From positions 55,081 to 119,080 of the forward strand of contig WLPJ01000006.1 in the NCBI GenBank assembly GCA_009698815.1: a stretch of 64,000 nt of DNA, read 5' to 3'. The stretch is from Actinomycetota bacterium (GTDB lineage: Bacteria > Actinomycetota > Actinomycetes > Nanopelagicales > Nanopelagicaceae). A model generated the notes under the pieces. The model saw only the letters and a program-made list of their open reading frames with translations. It did no database searches and had not been told where the DNA came from. This document shows positions 28,324 through 38,689 of the stretch, in pieces (the first letter of the stretch is position 1; every line of letters begins with the position of its first letter). Position numbers and translations under genes: made by a program.

Positions 28324-29249
28324 AGCAGCACCTTAAATGGTCGGGGATTGGATTTTAACTTTGGAACGCGCACGCGCGCGATCTTGGTGCCAGGAGATGG
28401 ATGGCACGCCTGTGCAACACCGAGATCTGCTTGGACAGAGAGGAAGATAAAGGCATCTTCGATAGTAAATCCCCACTGATCAACGAGAATCTTTGCCGCC
28501 TCTTCGCATGCGATAGTCATCGCCGCATCTAAGTCGCCAGGAGTTGTTCCGTGGGTATAGAACGAGTCGGCATCTTCAGTTACTGGCCAGCCACCTGCTA
28601 CACCTTTTATAACATCTACTGAAATCACAACATCTCCGCCGATTTCAACACCGGTACCGGAGATTTCTCCATCACCCATTGATGCATGCATGTCACCAAT
28701 AGCAAGAAGTGCGCCTTCTTGAAAAACTGGCATGTAAAGCGTTGCACCCTTGCGGTGGAAGTGATCATCCATATTTCCACCGTGGCGGCCTGCTTCAAAG
28801 GTTGCGATGGCACCAGATTCAGGTGCAACACCAATTACTCCAAGCATTGGAACTGCTGGGAACGAAACCTTCTCATTCATGGTCACGATGCCATCGCTTA
28901 CTTTAAAGATTCTAGTTACTGGTGATTTTGATTTGTGAATCAACTGTCCCCATTCAGGGATCACCATGCCAGCACCTTGAGGACCCGGATCAATTGTTTT
29001 TAGAGTGACTGCAAGTGAATCTCCAGGCATCGCACCTTCTACAAATATTGGACCAGTTGCGCTGTTAACGCGATTTAAATCAAGTTTTTCAACTGTATCT
29101 GCTTCGCTCTGAACTTGTCCGGTAAAGCAATCCCAAGTTTCAAGATGAATAGTTGCACCAGCTTTAACGCGAAGCACTGGTTGCATATCTGCGGCGAATG
29201 CCCAGACATGTTGGTCTTTGGTAATGTGGTGATCTGCCTGATACTTCAC
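28320..29249 (-). CDS. Acetamidase/formamidase family protein
   Basis: TGPIFVEGAMPGD, HGGNMD, GDMHASMGDGEISGTGVE. Confidence 0.9.
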   Translation of the reverse strand: MKYQADHHITKDQHVWAFAADMQPVLRVKAGATIHLETWDCFTGQVQSEADTVEKLDLNRVNSATGPIFVEGAMPGDSLAVTLKTIDPGPQGAGMVIPEWGQLIHKSKSPVTRIFKVSDGIVTMNEKVSFPAVPMLGVIGVAPESGAIATFEAGRHGGNMDDHFHRKGATLYMPVFQEGALLAIGDMHASMGDGEISGTGVEIGGDVVISVDVIKGVAGGWPVTEDADSFYTHGTTPGDLDAAMTIACEEAAKILVDQWGFTIEDAFIFLSVQADLGVAQACHPSPGTKIARVRVPKLKSNPRPFKVLL

Positions 29250-29370
29250 TTTTCCTCCTACTTAGATTAAAGCGTTGAAAATTTAGCCTCTGAAACGAAT
29301 GCCGTAATTGTGCATCAATATGTGGCGGTTGCATAGTGATTAAAGTCCTAGAACTCGCTATCTTTCTCAC

Positions 29371-30306
29371 ATGTTGCCAGAGTCATTTAAGAGCGCCAAT
29401 CATTACCTCTCGCGCGATCATCACACCTATAGTTTCGCTAGTACCCATCAGCCGGTGCTTACCGTTGAACCAGGTGAGTTAATACATCTCCAAACCTGGG
29501 ATTGCTTTGCCGGGCAAGTCATCGTTGACGCCGATCTCACAAAAGATATTGATGACTCCAAAGTAAACCCAGCCACTGGGCCGATCTATGTAAAGAGCGC
29601 CGAACCAGGCGATACTTTGGCAGTTACTATTTTGGAAATCATTACCCAAGAACGTGGTGTTGCGCGCTGCTTTGAAGGAGAAGGCCAGCTTTCACACCTT
29701 TTAAAAGGTCCTTACGGCAGATTCTTTAAAGTGGTCGATGGCGTTGTAACGATGAACGAACACGTTTCATTTCCAGCAGCGCCTATGTTGGGTGTAATCG
29801 GGGTTGCACCTGAATCTGGAGAAATAGCCACTATGCCAGCAGGTAAGCACGGTGGAAACTTAGATAACAACATGAATAAAGTTGGTTCAACAATTTATCT
29901 GCCCGTCAAACATTCAGGTGCGCTACTTGGCATTGGAGATATGCATGCAGCCATGGGCGATGGTGAAATCTCCGGTACCGGTGTTGAGATCGGCGGTGAT
30001 GTCTTAATAAAAGTTGAAGTCATCAAAGCGATTACGACAGATTTTCCTGTAACCGAATTAGATGGCTGCTGGATTACACATGGGGTTGCAGTACAAGATA
30101 TCGAAGCGGCGATGCGGATTGCCTGCGAACAAGCAGCCGGATTATTGGTAGACCATTGGGGATTTACGATTGAAGATGCCTTTATCTTTCTATCTGTTGC
30201 TTGCGATCTGGGCATTGCACAGAACGTTCATCCCAGCACAGGAACAGTAATTGCCAAATTGCGAGTTCCAAAGCTTGCTGCTTGTCCGCGTCCCTTTAAT
30301 CTTTAA
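29371..30306 (+). CDS. Acetamidase/formamidase family protein, divergent paralog
   Basis: NPATGPIYV, HGGNLD, GDMHAAMGDGEISGTGVE; ATG 6 nt after TATCTT (leaderless). Confidence 0.9.
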   Translation: MLPESFKSANHYLSRDHHTYSFASTHQPVLTVEPGELIHLQTWDCFAGQVIVDADLTKDIDDSKVNPATGPIYVKSAEPGDTLAVTILEIITQERGVARCFEGEGQLSHLLKGPYGRFFKVVDGVVTMNEHVSFPAAPMLGVIGVAPESGEIATMPAGKHGGNLDNNMNKVGSTIYLPVKHSGALLGIGDMHAAMGDGEISGTGVEIGGDVLIKVEVIKAITTDFPVTELDGCWITHGVAVQDIEAAMRIACEQAAGLLVDHWGFTIEDAFIFLSVACDLGIAQNVHPSTGTVIAKLRVPKLAACPRPFNL

Positions 30307-30316
30307 CCATTAACTT

Positions 30317-31276
30317 TTAAGAGATTAAATCGCAGGCCACATCCACGCCACGAATATCACGAAGTGCTGGGCTGTTGATTGCACATTCTGGCTTTGCGAT
30401 CGGACAGCGGGTATGAAATGAGCACCCACTAGGGCGGTTAAGCGGCGATGGAATATCTCCGACAAGAATTTGACGGCTACTTGCACCGTTTTCACCGATA
30501 CGTGGGTTAGCTGACAAAAGTGCTTTGGTATATGGGTGCTTGGGGTCAGAGTAAATCTCTTCGACGCTACCGATCTCAACGATGCGTCCTAAATACATCA
30601 CCGCGATGCGATCTGAAATATGGCGAACTACGCCAAGGTCGTGGGCGATAAATATGTAGGTTAAGCCAAGTTCTTCTTGTAATTCTTTGAAGAGGTTTAA
30701 GACCTGCGCTTGAATCGAGACATCAAGTGCGCTTACTGGCTCATCTGCAATGATCAACTCTGGTTTAAGAGTAAGGGCACGGGCTATAACCACGCGCTGG
30801 CGCTGACCACCTGAAAACTCATGCGGATACTTTTCGTAAGAACCTTTATCTAGCCCAACTCGCTCTAACAGAGCCTGTGCTTGCGATCTGCGCTCTTCTT
30901 TGGAGACACCATTGATGCGCAGCGGCTCTTCAACTATTGCGCCAATCTGGCGACGTGGATTTAGGGATGCATAAGGATCTTGAAAAATAAACTGAATCGA
31001 TTTACGCAGTGGACGCATCGCCGATAGTGACTTACCAGCAATATTTTCACCTTTATAAATAATCTCACCAGCAGAGGGTGTATCAAGCCTTGAAATCACT
31101 CGACCTAGCGTTGATTTTCCACATCCGGATTCGCCAACAATTCCTAAAGTTTGGCCTTGTGAAACTGAAAATGAAACGTCTTCCAGAGCTGAGACTGAGC
31201 TCTTTCGCACAGAAAGAGAACCTCCTGCAGTCTTATAAATTTTAGAGAGGTTTTTTATCTGAAGTAGCTCTGACAT
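30317..31276 (-). CDS. Oligopeptide/dipeptide ABC ATPase (OppF/DppF-like)
   Basis: GESGCGKS, FSGGQRQR, ADEPVSALD, C-terminal CSFHTRCP. Confidence 0.93.
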   Translation of the reverse strand: MSELLQIKNLSKIYKTAGGSLSVRKSSVSALEDVSFSVSQGQTLGIVGESGCGKSTLGRVISRLDTPSAGEIIYKGENIAGKSLSAMRPLRKSIQFIFQDPYASLNPRRQIGAIVEEPLRINGVSKEERRSQAQALLERVGLDKGSYEKYPHEFSGGQRQRVVIARALTLKPELIIADEPVSALDVSIQAQVLNLFKELQEELGLTYIFIAHDLGVVRHISDRIAVMYLGRIVEIGSVEEIYSDPKHPYTKALLSANPRIGENGASSRQILVGDIPSPLNRPSGCSFHTRCPIAKPECAINSPALRDIRGVDVACDLIS

Positions 31277-32251
31277 TTAACGGACACCCTCTTCTAGCAG
31301 AATGCACGCTGCACCAAAACCTTGGCTATCTGCAATAAAAGGTGGGACGCTAGAACAAGCTGGCTTTACCTGCGGGCAACGTGCTTGAAATGCGCAGCCG
31401 ACTGGAAGATTTAAAAGCGATGCTGGTTGACCAGAAATTGTTTCTAGTCGCGATGTACGTGCACGGTCGATGCGCGGAACTGAGTTCATTAGACCTTTTG
31501 TATACGGATGTTGCGGAGATTTAAAGAGCGAATCTTTACTCGAACGCTCAACTGCGCGGCCGGCATACATAACCAATACCTGTGAAGCAATCTCAGAGAC
31601 AACACCCATATCGTGAGTGATTACGATAATTGAAGAGTTATGAGTCTTGCGAAGGCGCTCAAGTAGATCAAGGATCTGCGCTTGGATAGTTACATCTAGC
31701 GCAGTTGTTGGTTCATCTGCAATCAGAAGTGCTGGATTTAGCGATAGCGCCATCGCAATAATGGCGCGCTGGCGCATTCCACCAGAGTATTCATGTGGAT
31801 ATTGATCAACTCTCTTTGCTGGATCTGGGATACCAACTTCATCAAGAAGTTCAATCGCGCGCGCCCGCGCTGCCTGCTTTGAGATCGAGCTATGTAGTTG
31901 CAACTGTTCACGGATATGCCAACCAACTGTATAAACCGGGGTAAGGGCCGTCATGGGATCTTGGAAGATCATCGCAATATCTTTACCCCGAACCGCGCGA
32001 AGTTCAGGATCACTCTTCTTTAATAAATCTTCACCTTGAAATAAGACTTCACCAGTAATTTCGGCGTTGTCATCTTTGATCAGTCCCATAACAGCGCCCA
32101 TCGAAACGCTCTTGCCTGAACCAGATTCACCAACGATTCCAAGTACCTCACCGGCGTCAATTGAGAAAGAGAGATTGTTAACCGCGCGCACCAAGCCTTT
32201 GCGAGTACGGAAGGTGACGTTTAAATCTTTTACTTCGAGTAATTTAGCCAC
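31277..32251 (-). CDS. Oligopeptide/dipeptide ABC ATPase (OppD/DppD-like)
   Basis: [29 protein letters not shown]. Confidence 0.93.
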   Translation of the reverse strand: MAKLLEVKDLNVTFRTRKGLVRAVNNLSFSIDAGEVLGIVGESGSGKSVSMGAVMGLIKDDNAEITGEVLFQGEDLLKKSDPELRAVRGKDIAMIFQDPMTALTPVYTVGWHIREQLQLHSSISKQAARARAIELLDEVGIPDPAKRVDQYPHEYSGGMRQRAIIAMALSLNPALLIADEPTTALDVTIQAQILDLLERLRKTHNSSIIVITHDMGVVSEIASQVLVMYAGRAVERSSKDSLFKSPQHPYTKGLMNSVPRIDRARTSRLETISGQPASLLNLPVGCAFQARCPQVKPACSSVPPFIADSQGFGAACILLEEGVR

Positions 32252-33212
32252 GGCGCACCCGTGGATCTAGCCAGGCATAGAGAACATCAACAACCGCGTT
32301 TGCGATAACGATAAAGAAAGCGGCATACATAACAGTTGCCATAATTAGGGGGAGATCAAAATTCTGCAGCGCAGTAAAGGTCAATCGCCCAACGCCCTGG
32401 ATTCCAAATACAACTTCTGTAAGAAGAGCTGATCCGCCAACGAGTGCGCCAAAATCAAGGCCAAAGAGTGAGACCACGGTAATAAGGCTCATTCGGCTGG
32501 AGTGTTTTAAAAGAATCCGTTTTTCACTCGCACCTTTTGCGCGCTCGGTCTTAACGAAATCCTCCTGCATCAAGCCAACAATCTCACCGCGGATAACTCG
32601 GATATATATACCCGCATATAAAAGTGAGAGCGTTAGCCAAGGAAAAAGAAGTGAGAGAAACCATTGACCTGGATTTTCCGTTAGAGGTACATAACCTAAC
32701 GGGGGGACCCAGCGGAAAGCGGTGTCATGAAGCCTTCCTTGCGTTATTAGATTTACAACTTCGCCCAGCCAATAAACTGGTAGCGAGACGCCAATAATTC
32801 CGACAACGCCGATCGCTGGATCTATCCAAGATTTACGCATTCCCGCAGCGGTTACGCCCAGGCCTATTCCCAGTAGCAACCAGATAATTGAAGCGCCAAT
32901 AACTAGCGAGAGAGTTGCTGGGACTGCCTGAATAAGTTGCGGCCAAACTTCTTCACCACGATTTACATATGATGTTAGATCGCGCTGAATAAAGAGGTGA
33001 TCCATCATTGAGAGATAACGCTCGGGAAGTGGTTTATCTAAATCAAAGGTTGCGCGCACTTGAGCCAACGTTTCTTGGCTAGCGTTGCGGCCAGCGATTC
33101 GCGCAGCTGGATCGACGCCAGGTGTTGCAAAGAAGATGAGAAAAACGAGAATGCTGATTGAGGTTAATACAAAGATGGCTGCGCTAAATCGCTTTGCGAT
33201 AAAGGCAATCAC
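32244..33212 (-). CDS. Peptide ABC permease (OppB/DppB-like)
   Basis: DFVKTERAKGASE EAA loop, EVVFGIQGVG, DPRVR. Confidence 0.9.
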   Translation of the reverse strand: MIAFIAKRFSAAIFVLTSISILVFLIFFATPGVDPAARIAGRNASQETLAQVRATFDLDKPLPERYLSMMDHLFIQRDLTSYVNRGEEVWPQLIQAVPATLSLVIGASIIWLLLGIGLGVTAAGMRKSWIDPAIGVVGIIGVSLPVYWLGEVVNLITQGRLHDTAFRWVPPLGYVPLTENPGQWFLSLLFPWLTLSLLYAGIYIRVIRGEIVGLMQEDFVKTERAKGASEKRILLKHSSRMSLITVVSLFGLDFGALVGGSALLTEVVFGIQGVGRLTFTALQNFDLPLIMATVMYAAFFIVIANAVVDVLYAWLDPRVRRG

Positions 33213-34225
33213 ACAGCACCTCGCATACGGGCCTTTGGATCTAGCGCATCGCGAACTGCATCACCAAGTAAATTTAGCGAGACTGCCGTAATTACTATTA
33301 GTAAACCCGGCAAAAGTGCAACAAGTGGGCGGGTGTAGAGCAAGCCGAGTCCATCCTTAATGATTGTTCCCCAAGATGCATCAGGTGGTTGAACGCCTAT
33401 AGATAGGAAAGAGAGCGCAGATTCAGTTAACATGGCAAGGGCGACCATCATTGGAATAAAAACGATAACACTCGGAATAACATTAGGCAGAATTTCACGG
33501 AAGATAATTTGACTACTCTTAGCGCCACTTCCGATAGCAGCCTTAACAAATTCACGCTCGCGTAGCGCAATTACCTGTCCACGAATTGGGCGCGCAACAT
33601 AGGGCACATAGACAAGTCCAATAATAAATATCGGAAGATAGAGCGAACCTGCTTCGAGTGAAATTGGTCCCCATTTAAAACCACTCGTTAATAAAACCAC
33701 CGAGAGCGAGATAGAGAGTAGATAGACCGGAAATGCCCAGATCACATCTAAAATACGAGAGATAAATGAGTCAACAAATTTACCTGAGTACCCGGCGATG
33801 ACTCCTAACAAAGTGCCGATCGTTATCGTTAGAAAACCTGCCGTAAAACCAATGAGCAAGGTATTGGTGCCACCGTATAGAAGTCTGGCTGCAACATCGC
33901 GGCCTTGGTTATCGGCGCCAAGTGCGTAGGAGCCGATGCGCCAGGTTGGTCCGATGGGATTGACACCAATTCTCAGACCTTCTGTTGATTGCTGGAGAAC
34001 TGACACCTCTTGCCCATCAATGACAGTCGTTCCATTAATTGAGGAGACGAAGGGATCGGTCTTTGAAACATAGGTGGCATATAGAGGCGCCGACAAAGTT
34101 AAGACAACTATAAATAAAAGTAGCGCTGAGGCTATCCAAGTACGACGATCGTGAGCCAGCGTTTCTCGTGCAATTCTTCCAGGACTTTCGGAAAGAACTT
34201 GCACTGCTGGCTCACGATCAGTCAT
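33209..34225 (-). CDS. Peptide ABC permease (OppC/DppC-like)
   Basis: LGADNQGRDV, EFVKAAIGSGA, ESALSFLSIG, GDAVRDALDP. Confidence 0.9.
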   Translation of the reverse strand: MTDREPAVQVLSESPGRIARETLAHDRRTWIASALLLFIVVLTLSAPLYATYVSKTDPFVSSINGTTVIDGQEVSVLQQSTEGLRIGVNPIGPTWRIGSYALGADNQGRDVAARLLYGGTNTLLIGFTAGFLTITIGTLLGVIAGYSGKFVDSFISRILDVIWAFPVYLLSISLSVVLLTSGFKWGPISLEAGSLYLPIFIIGLVYVPYVARPIRGQVIALREREFVKAAIGSGAKSSQIIFREILPNVIPSVIVFIPMMVALAMLTESALSFLSIGVQPPDASWGTIIKDGLGLLYTRPLVALLPGLLIVITAVSLNLLGDAVRDALDPKARMRGAV

Positions 34226-34284
34226 ACACCCACTCTACCTAGGACTTGCTTACTTTTTCTTCTTGTTAATTAGCGAGCGACTGG

Positions 34285-36012
34285 TTATTTAACCTGTAGC
34301 TGGCTTACCAACATGTAGAACTGCTTCGAGAAGTTGTAGTTCTTTACACGCTTTGACAAGAAGTCAACTTGCTTTGGTGTAAAGGCAACAGCTACAGGAG
34401 CCTCATCCATGATGTCCTTATCAATTACGCCCCACTCTTTGTTAGCAGCAGCCTCATCGGTTACAGCTAAGTCCATGGCAGCGATCATGCGCTTATTTAT
34501 ATCCTTATTGCAGTAACCAGCCATGTTGATTGAGGAATCTGAACCTGGTGTAAATGATTCACAACCAAGCAAGATATATGAGAAGTCCATTGCAGCAGGG
34601 AAATCTTGATACCACTGGGATAGCGAGATTTGAACCTTGTTATTTGTATTTTGGATGTAGGTAAATTGGATATTTGAAGAAATTGGCTTTAACGTCGCCT
34701 TGTATCCAATTTGATTTAATACGCTCTGGACATATTCACCCATCTGCTTATTAACTTCATCATCTGAGACCACAACGCCGACTTTCTGGCCGAGAGTTCC
34801 AGATTCCTTTACTAAAGCCTTTGCCTTTTCTAGATCTGGCTCAACCCATTCCTTGGCAGGTGACGCTGTATCTGCACCCTTTGTGTACTGACAGAAGTCA
34901 GCGTGCCCTGGGAATCCTGGTGGTAAGAAGGTACAAGCAGGTGATGCTAGTTGTTCTCCACCGAAGATTTTGACCATCGCATTACGATCGAGGGCGTAGT
35001 TAACTGCTTGACGCGCCTTAACGTTATTAAATGGTGCGATGTTGTTATTCATTGGTAAGTACCACATCGCTGTAAGGGTATGGACATTGATCTGGTCAGC
35101 ATTCTCGGTGCCGAGCTCAGATAAACGGTCTGCTGGAATTGGATCGAGCATCCAGTCAGCCTGATCATTTTTGATGGCATTTACTTGCGCTTCGGCCGTT
35201 AAACCAAAGGAGTAAACAATTTCGTCAGGATAACCAGCAGGCTGTGCCTCACGGTTCCACTCAACGAAGTGGGTGTTGCGAACCATCTTTAATTCATTGT
35301 TTGGATCATATGAAGCAAATGCATAGGCGCCAGTTCCTGGAATTGGATCTGAGCCAGCATCTTTGCTTGGCGCATCAGCAGGCAGTACCACAGCGTGTGG
35401 AAGTGCCAACTTGTATTTAATTGTTGCATCAGCACCAGTTAGATTAATTACAATCTTATTTGTTGCTGCATCTACAACGACTCCCTTATCTAAATTACAG
35501 GTAGCTGGAGTTGCTAGACACTTATCTGCTCCAACTATTCCGTTATAGAAACCACCAGCTGTTGGTGATGAGACTTTGAAGATACGCTCAAATGATGCTT
35601 TAACATCTGCCACAGTGACATCGCGGCCGTCTGAGAATTTAATTCCAGAGCGAAGAGTAAATGTGAGAGTCTTTCCATCAGCACTTACTTCAGGAAGAGC
35701 TTCTGCTAAGTCAGGAACAATTTCAAATGACTTTGGACCATCAACTTTGCGGAATGCAAGAAGACCGTCGTATGTAGCCTGATAGAGCTGCCAGAATTGC
35801 AGCGTGTAGTTAATGTGTGGATCTAGAGTTCCGGCTGCTCCCTTTGCTACTAAGCGAAGTGTTCCACCAGCTTTTGATTCATCGTAAGCAGCGAGTGCGC
35901 CTTCTTGCGCTTGGGCACCTGAACCGGCTTCATCTTCGGCACCTGAACTACAAGCGCTGAGAATAAATGCCAGTGACAGCAGCGCTGCCACAGATTTCGA
36001 ACGTCTCATCAT
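34285..36012 (-). CDS. Family 5 (peptide/nickel) ABC substrate-binding lipoprotein
   Basis: LSAC lipobox, TLDPH, FSDG, PFNNVKARQAVNYA. Start at ATG 36012 or 36009 after GGAGG (the track start is too long). Confidence 0.9.
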   Translation of the reverse strand: MMRRSKSVAALLSLAFILSACSSGAEDEAGSGAQAQEGALAAYDESKAGGTLRLVAKGAAGTLDPHINYTLQFWQLYQATYDGLLAFRKVDGPKSFEIVPDLAEALPEVSADGKTLTFTLRSGIKFSDGRDVTVADVKASFERIFKVSSPTAGGFYNGIVGADKCLATPATCNLDKGVVVDAATNKIVINLTGADATIKYKLALPHAVVLPADAPSKDAGSDPIPGTGAYAFASYDPNNELKMVRNTHFVEWNREAQPAGYPDEIVYSFGLTAEAQVNAIKNDQADWMLDPIPADRLSELGTENADQINVHTLTAMWYLPMNNNIAPFNNVKARQAVNYALDRNAMVKIFGGEQLASPACTFLPPGFPGHADFCQYTKGADTASPAKEWVEPDLEKAKALVKESGTLGQKVGVVVSDDEVNKQMGEYVQSVLNQIGYKATLKPISSNIQFTYIQNTNNKVQISLSQWYQDFPAAMDFSYILLGCESFTPGSDSSINMAGYCNKDINKRMIAAMDLAVTDEAAANKEWGVIDKDIMDEAPVAVAFTPKQVDFLSKRVKNYNFSKQFYMLVSQLQVK

Positions 36013-36198
36013 TCCTCCTAGGAATTCAACGGGGCAGGGATCGCCCCTTGCGGTGGGGAAAGCATTCCATTTAACCTGCAAAAAGGCGCTACCAATTTCA
36101 AACTATTTTCGAAAGCATTGCTCTTAGATCCCATCATCCAAGATGGCTATGGCCCCAGATCTACTTTTGAGAGCCAGTAAAGGCCAACGCCGAGTCCA

Positions 36199-36624
36199 TT
36201 AAGAGCGCAACATCAAGTGATTCCTGGATCGGCAGTACCCAAACGTCCTGCCCACTAATTTAACAATCAGGCCAACCAGAATAAAGAGCAGACCTAAGGG
36301 CAGGCTGGCCATTAAAAACCAGAGATAACCACCGCCACCTGAGCCCTCATCAAACATCGACCCACCCTTGATAACCGAATATAAGAAAGCACAAATAATC
36401 GGAAATACTGCAATGAGCAGACCGGCTCGAATGAATGAGAATCTCTTCACGTAATAAATGATAAACAGGCCACCATTCAATAACCCCAAAAATAGGATGA
36501 AAAACACGGCCATAAATCCGTTAGCGCTTCTGTTACCCGTTGTGACCATGTTGGAGAAGTAGGTGTAGATACAGATTGCGTTAATAAAGAGGGCGATCAG
36601 TAAGACAATCCTTTTGAAAGACAT
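36199..36624 (-). CDS. Hypothetical 4-TM membrane protein
   Basis: 141-aa hydrophobic ORF; ATG 6 nt after TACCCT (leaderless). Confidence 0.65.
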   Translation of the reverse strand: MSFKRIVLLIALFINAICIYTYFSNMVTTGNRSANGFMAVFFILFLGLLNGGLFIIYYVKRFSFIRAGLLIAVFPIICAFLYSVIKGGSMFDEGSGGGGYLWFLMASLPLGLLFILVGLIVKLVGRTFGYCRSRNHLMLRS

Positions 36625-36753
36625 ATCGTAAGGGTAGGGCTAAAGATGAAAGATAAAGGGTTTTTTGAATCGGCCCCGGTGATTAAAAGATATCCACACG
36701 AAAAGAAAAAAACTAAATCAGTTTTCGTAACTGACTTAGGTTCAGCCTTGCGT

Positions 36754-36827
36754 ACCGCTGTAGCTCATTTGATAGAGCACCCCACCAACTATGGGAAGTG
36801 TAGCGGGTTCGATTCCCGCCAGTGGTA
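36754..36827 (+). tRNA. Degenerate tRNA-like gene (apparent anticodon AAC)
   Basis: Acceptor ACCGCTG/CAGTGGT; TA; D arm GCTC-ATTTGATA-GAGC; anticodon arm CCCCA-CCAACTA-TGGGA; T arm GCGGG-TTCGATT-CCCGC. Non-canonical C33, T37, GA in the D loop and a 6-nt variable region. Confidence 0.6.
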
Positions 36828-36837
36828 CGCACACCAA

Positions 36838-36873
36838 GTGGCCTCACGCTAGTTACGTGGGGCCACTTTGCAT
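36838..36873 (+). terminator. Intrinsic terminator after the tRNA-like gene
   Basis: GTGGCCTCACG-N7-CGTGGGGCCAC, an 11-bp stem followed by TTTGCATTT. Confidence 0.6.
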
Positions 36874-36888
36874 TTGTGACTCTGCGTA

Positions 36889-37093
36889 ACTACCCGCAAT
36901 TAATATTGTGAATATCGGCAAACATATCCGCCTCTCTCCCGGGGCGCTCCAGCACATAATCACCACACACCTGACAGAAGGCATGAAAGTAATAAACCCC
37001 AAGCTCTTCCATCCATTTGTAGTCATAGATAAATGAGACAACAACGGCGCCAAAATCTGGCAGTGACCGATGCCCGCGCGCACGATGGGCCGC
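36889..37093. repeat. 205-bp direct repeat, left copy
   Basis: Matches 50869-51073 with 5 mismatches counted by eye (36900, 36904, 36905, 36966, 37076). Confidence 0.95.
36890..37093 (-). pseudogene. Duplicated 3' fragment of the hypothetical gene 50870-51436
   Basis: Encodes ...AHRARGHRSLPDFG...FCQVCGDY...HNINCG-stop; no start and no 5' part. Confidence 0.85.
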
Positions 37094-37152
37094 GCTTTGT
37101 GGAGCTGACGAATTTACAGGAAACGGTGCATTACGCCCTAAACAAACATCTG

Positions 37153-38343
37153 CTATTTCACTCCAAGAAGATGTTCAAGTGCTAACTGATTTAATCTGAC
37201 AAAAGCAAAACCTTTACCGTTGAAATATTCATCCGTGTTAAATTCTTCAAATGAACTTTGGTCCGCAATTAGTTCATTGTAATTTTCACCTGGGTTTAAT
37301 GTAGGTATACTAATTTCAGATACTCTTGAATTCCGTAACGCTTGCTGAACTGCTGGATCCGCACGGAATACTTTGGAGCGCTCCTTGAAAATCAGATAGT
37401 TCCTCATATTTGCACGTGCAGAATCCCAAACTCCTTCGTAATCTTCGGTACGACTTGGCTTGTAATCGAAATGTCGAGGACCGTCATAAGCTGGAGTTCC
37501 ATTAGGACCAGAATTTTCCAGAAGATCAATAAGCGTGAAAGCATTCATAAGATCGCCGTGTCCAAATACTAAATCCTGATCATATTTGATTCCCCGTTGC
37601 CCGTTTAGATCTATATGAAATAACTTCTTATGTTCGATGGCCTGGGCAATTCCTGCTGTGAAGTTTAATCCTGCCATTTGCTCGTGCCCGACTTCAGGAT
37701 TTACCCCAAAAAGCTCAGGTCGATCTAGCGTGTTAATAAAAGCTATTGCATGACCTAGCGTCGGCAATAATATGTCGCCCCGTGGCTCGTTTGGCTTTGG
37801 CTCAATTGCAAATCTAATGTCATATTTTTTGTCTGTTACATATTCACCAAAGATGTTTAGCGCTTCTCTATATCTTTCAATGGCACCCGAAACATTCTTA
37901 GCATGGTCGTATTCCGCACCTTCACGGCCACCCCACATTACAAATGTCTTTGCGCCTAATTCAGCGCCGAGGTCTAGCTGTCGAAATGCTTTCCGCAATG
38001 AAAAGCGGCGCACCCCGCGGTCATTGGAAGTAAATGCACCATCTTTAAAGACGGGAGCGCTAAAGAGGTTAGTGGTGACCATCGGTATCTCTATCCCGGT
38101 CTCTGCCAGGATTTTCTTTAGCCGTTGGATCATGGTCTCTCGCTGCTGATTTGATGAGCCAAACGGGAATAAATCATCATCGTGGAAGGTCAGGCCATAC
38201 GCCCCAATTTCGGCCAATTTGGTCACGACATCCTCTATTTCAAGCCCTTTTCGAGTCGGCCCCCCAAAAGGGTCGGTGCCGTTATACCCCACGGTCCATA
38301 GCCCAAAGGAAAACTTGTCAGCCTTGGTCGGTGTCAGATACAT
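37153..38343 (-). CDS. xylA: Xylose isomerase (Actinobacteria-type)
   Basis: [53 protein letters not shown]. Start ATG 38343 with a GAGG RBS. Confidence 0.95.
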   Translation of the reverse strand: MYLTPTKADKFSFGLWTVGYNGTDPFGGPTRKGLEIEDVVTKLAEIGAYGLTFHDDDLFPFGSSNQQRETMIQRLKKILAETGIEIPMVTTNLFSAPVFKDGAFTSNDRGVRRFSLRKAFRQLDLGAELGAKTFVMWGGREGAEYDHAKNVSGAIERYREALNIFGEYVTDKKYDIRFAIEPKPNEPRGDILLPTLGHAIAFINTLDRPELFGVNPEVGHEQMAGLNFTAGIAQAIEHKKLFHIDLNGQRGIKYDQDLVFGHGDLMNAFTLIDLLENSGPNGTPAYDGPRHFDYKPSRTEDYEGVWDSARANMRNYLIFKERSKVFRADPAVQQALRNSRVSEISIPTLNPGENYNELIADQSSFEEFNTDEYFNGKGFAFVRLNQLALEHLLGVK

Positions 38344-38587
38344 CTTGGACCTCAATCCTTTTTCAATAATTTGTTGATTAAAACTACAAACTAGCATAAG
38401 GGGAAGAAATATGGAATTTACCGGATGCCGCCACAATTGAACATGAGCGTCGATTGCCCAAATTACCTTGAAATCAAGCCCCATAGGATGAGATTTGTCG
38501 TATTTTGCCTTATATAGGTAAATAGCGCCACTCAGGATTATTTAAGTTTTTGGCGAAACTTGCGATAAATACTTGCCAATCTCTTGC

Positions 38588-38609
38588 ATATGTTGTTGCT
38601 TCAACATAT
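38588..38609. promoter_or_regulatory. Candidate operator in the xylA/ABC divergent region
   Basis: Perfect inverted repeat ATATGTTG-N6-CAACATAT. Confidence 0.5.
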
Positions 38610-38689
38610 TGTTTGCTCAAATGAATCGAGAGGTCTCCCGGCTTCCAGGTCAAACTGAAGAAATTAGATAGAAAGGGATAGGTGCCAAA

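Noticed and set aside
36646-36852. 68-aa ORF in the track
   Set aside because: It overlies the tRNA-like gene and terminator and has no protein motif; the RNA structure explains the sequence better.
36853-37083. Near-identical minus-strand ORFs here and at 50860-51075
   Set aside because: Alternative-frame by-products of the 205-bp repeat; the coding frame is that of 50870-51436.
38344-38484. N-terminal extension of XylA in the track
   Set aside because: Similarity to XylA starts at MYLTPT (38343), which has an RBS; the extension is promoter DNA. The same applies to 18029-18106 and 36013-36081.
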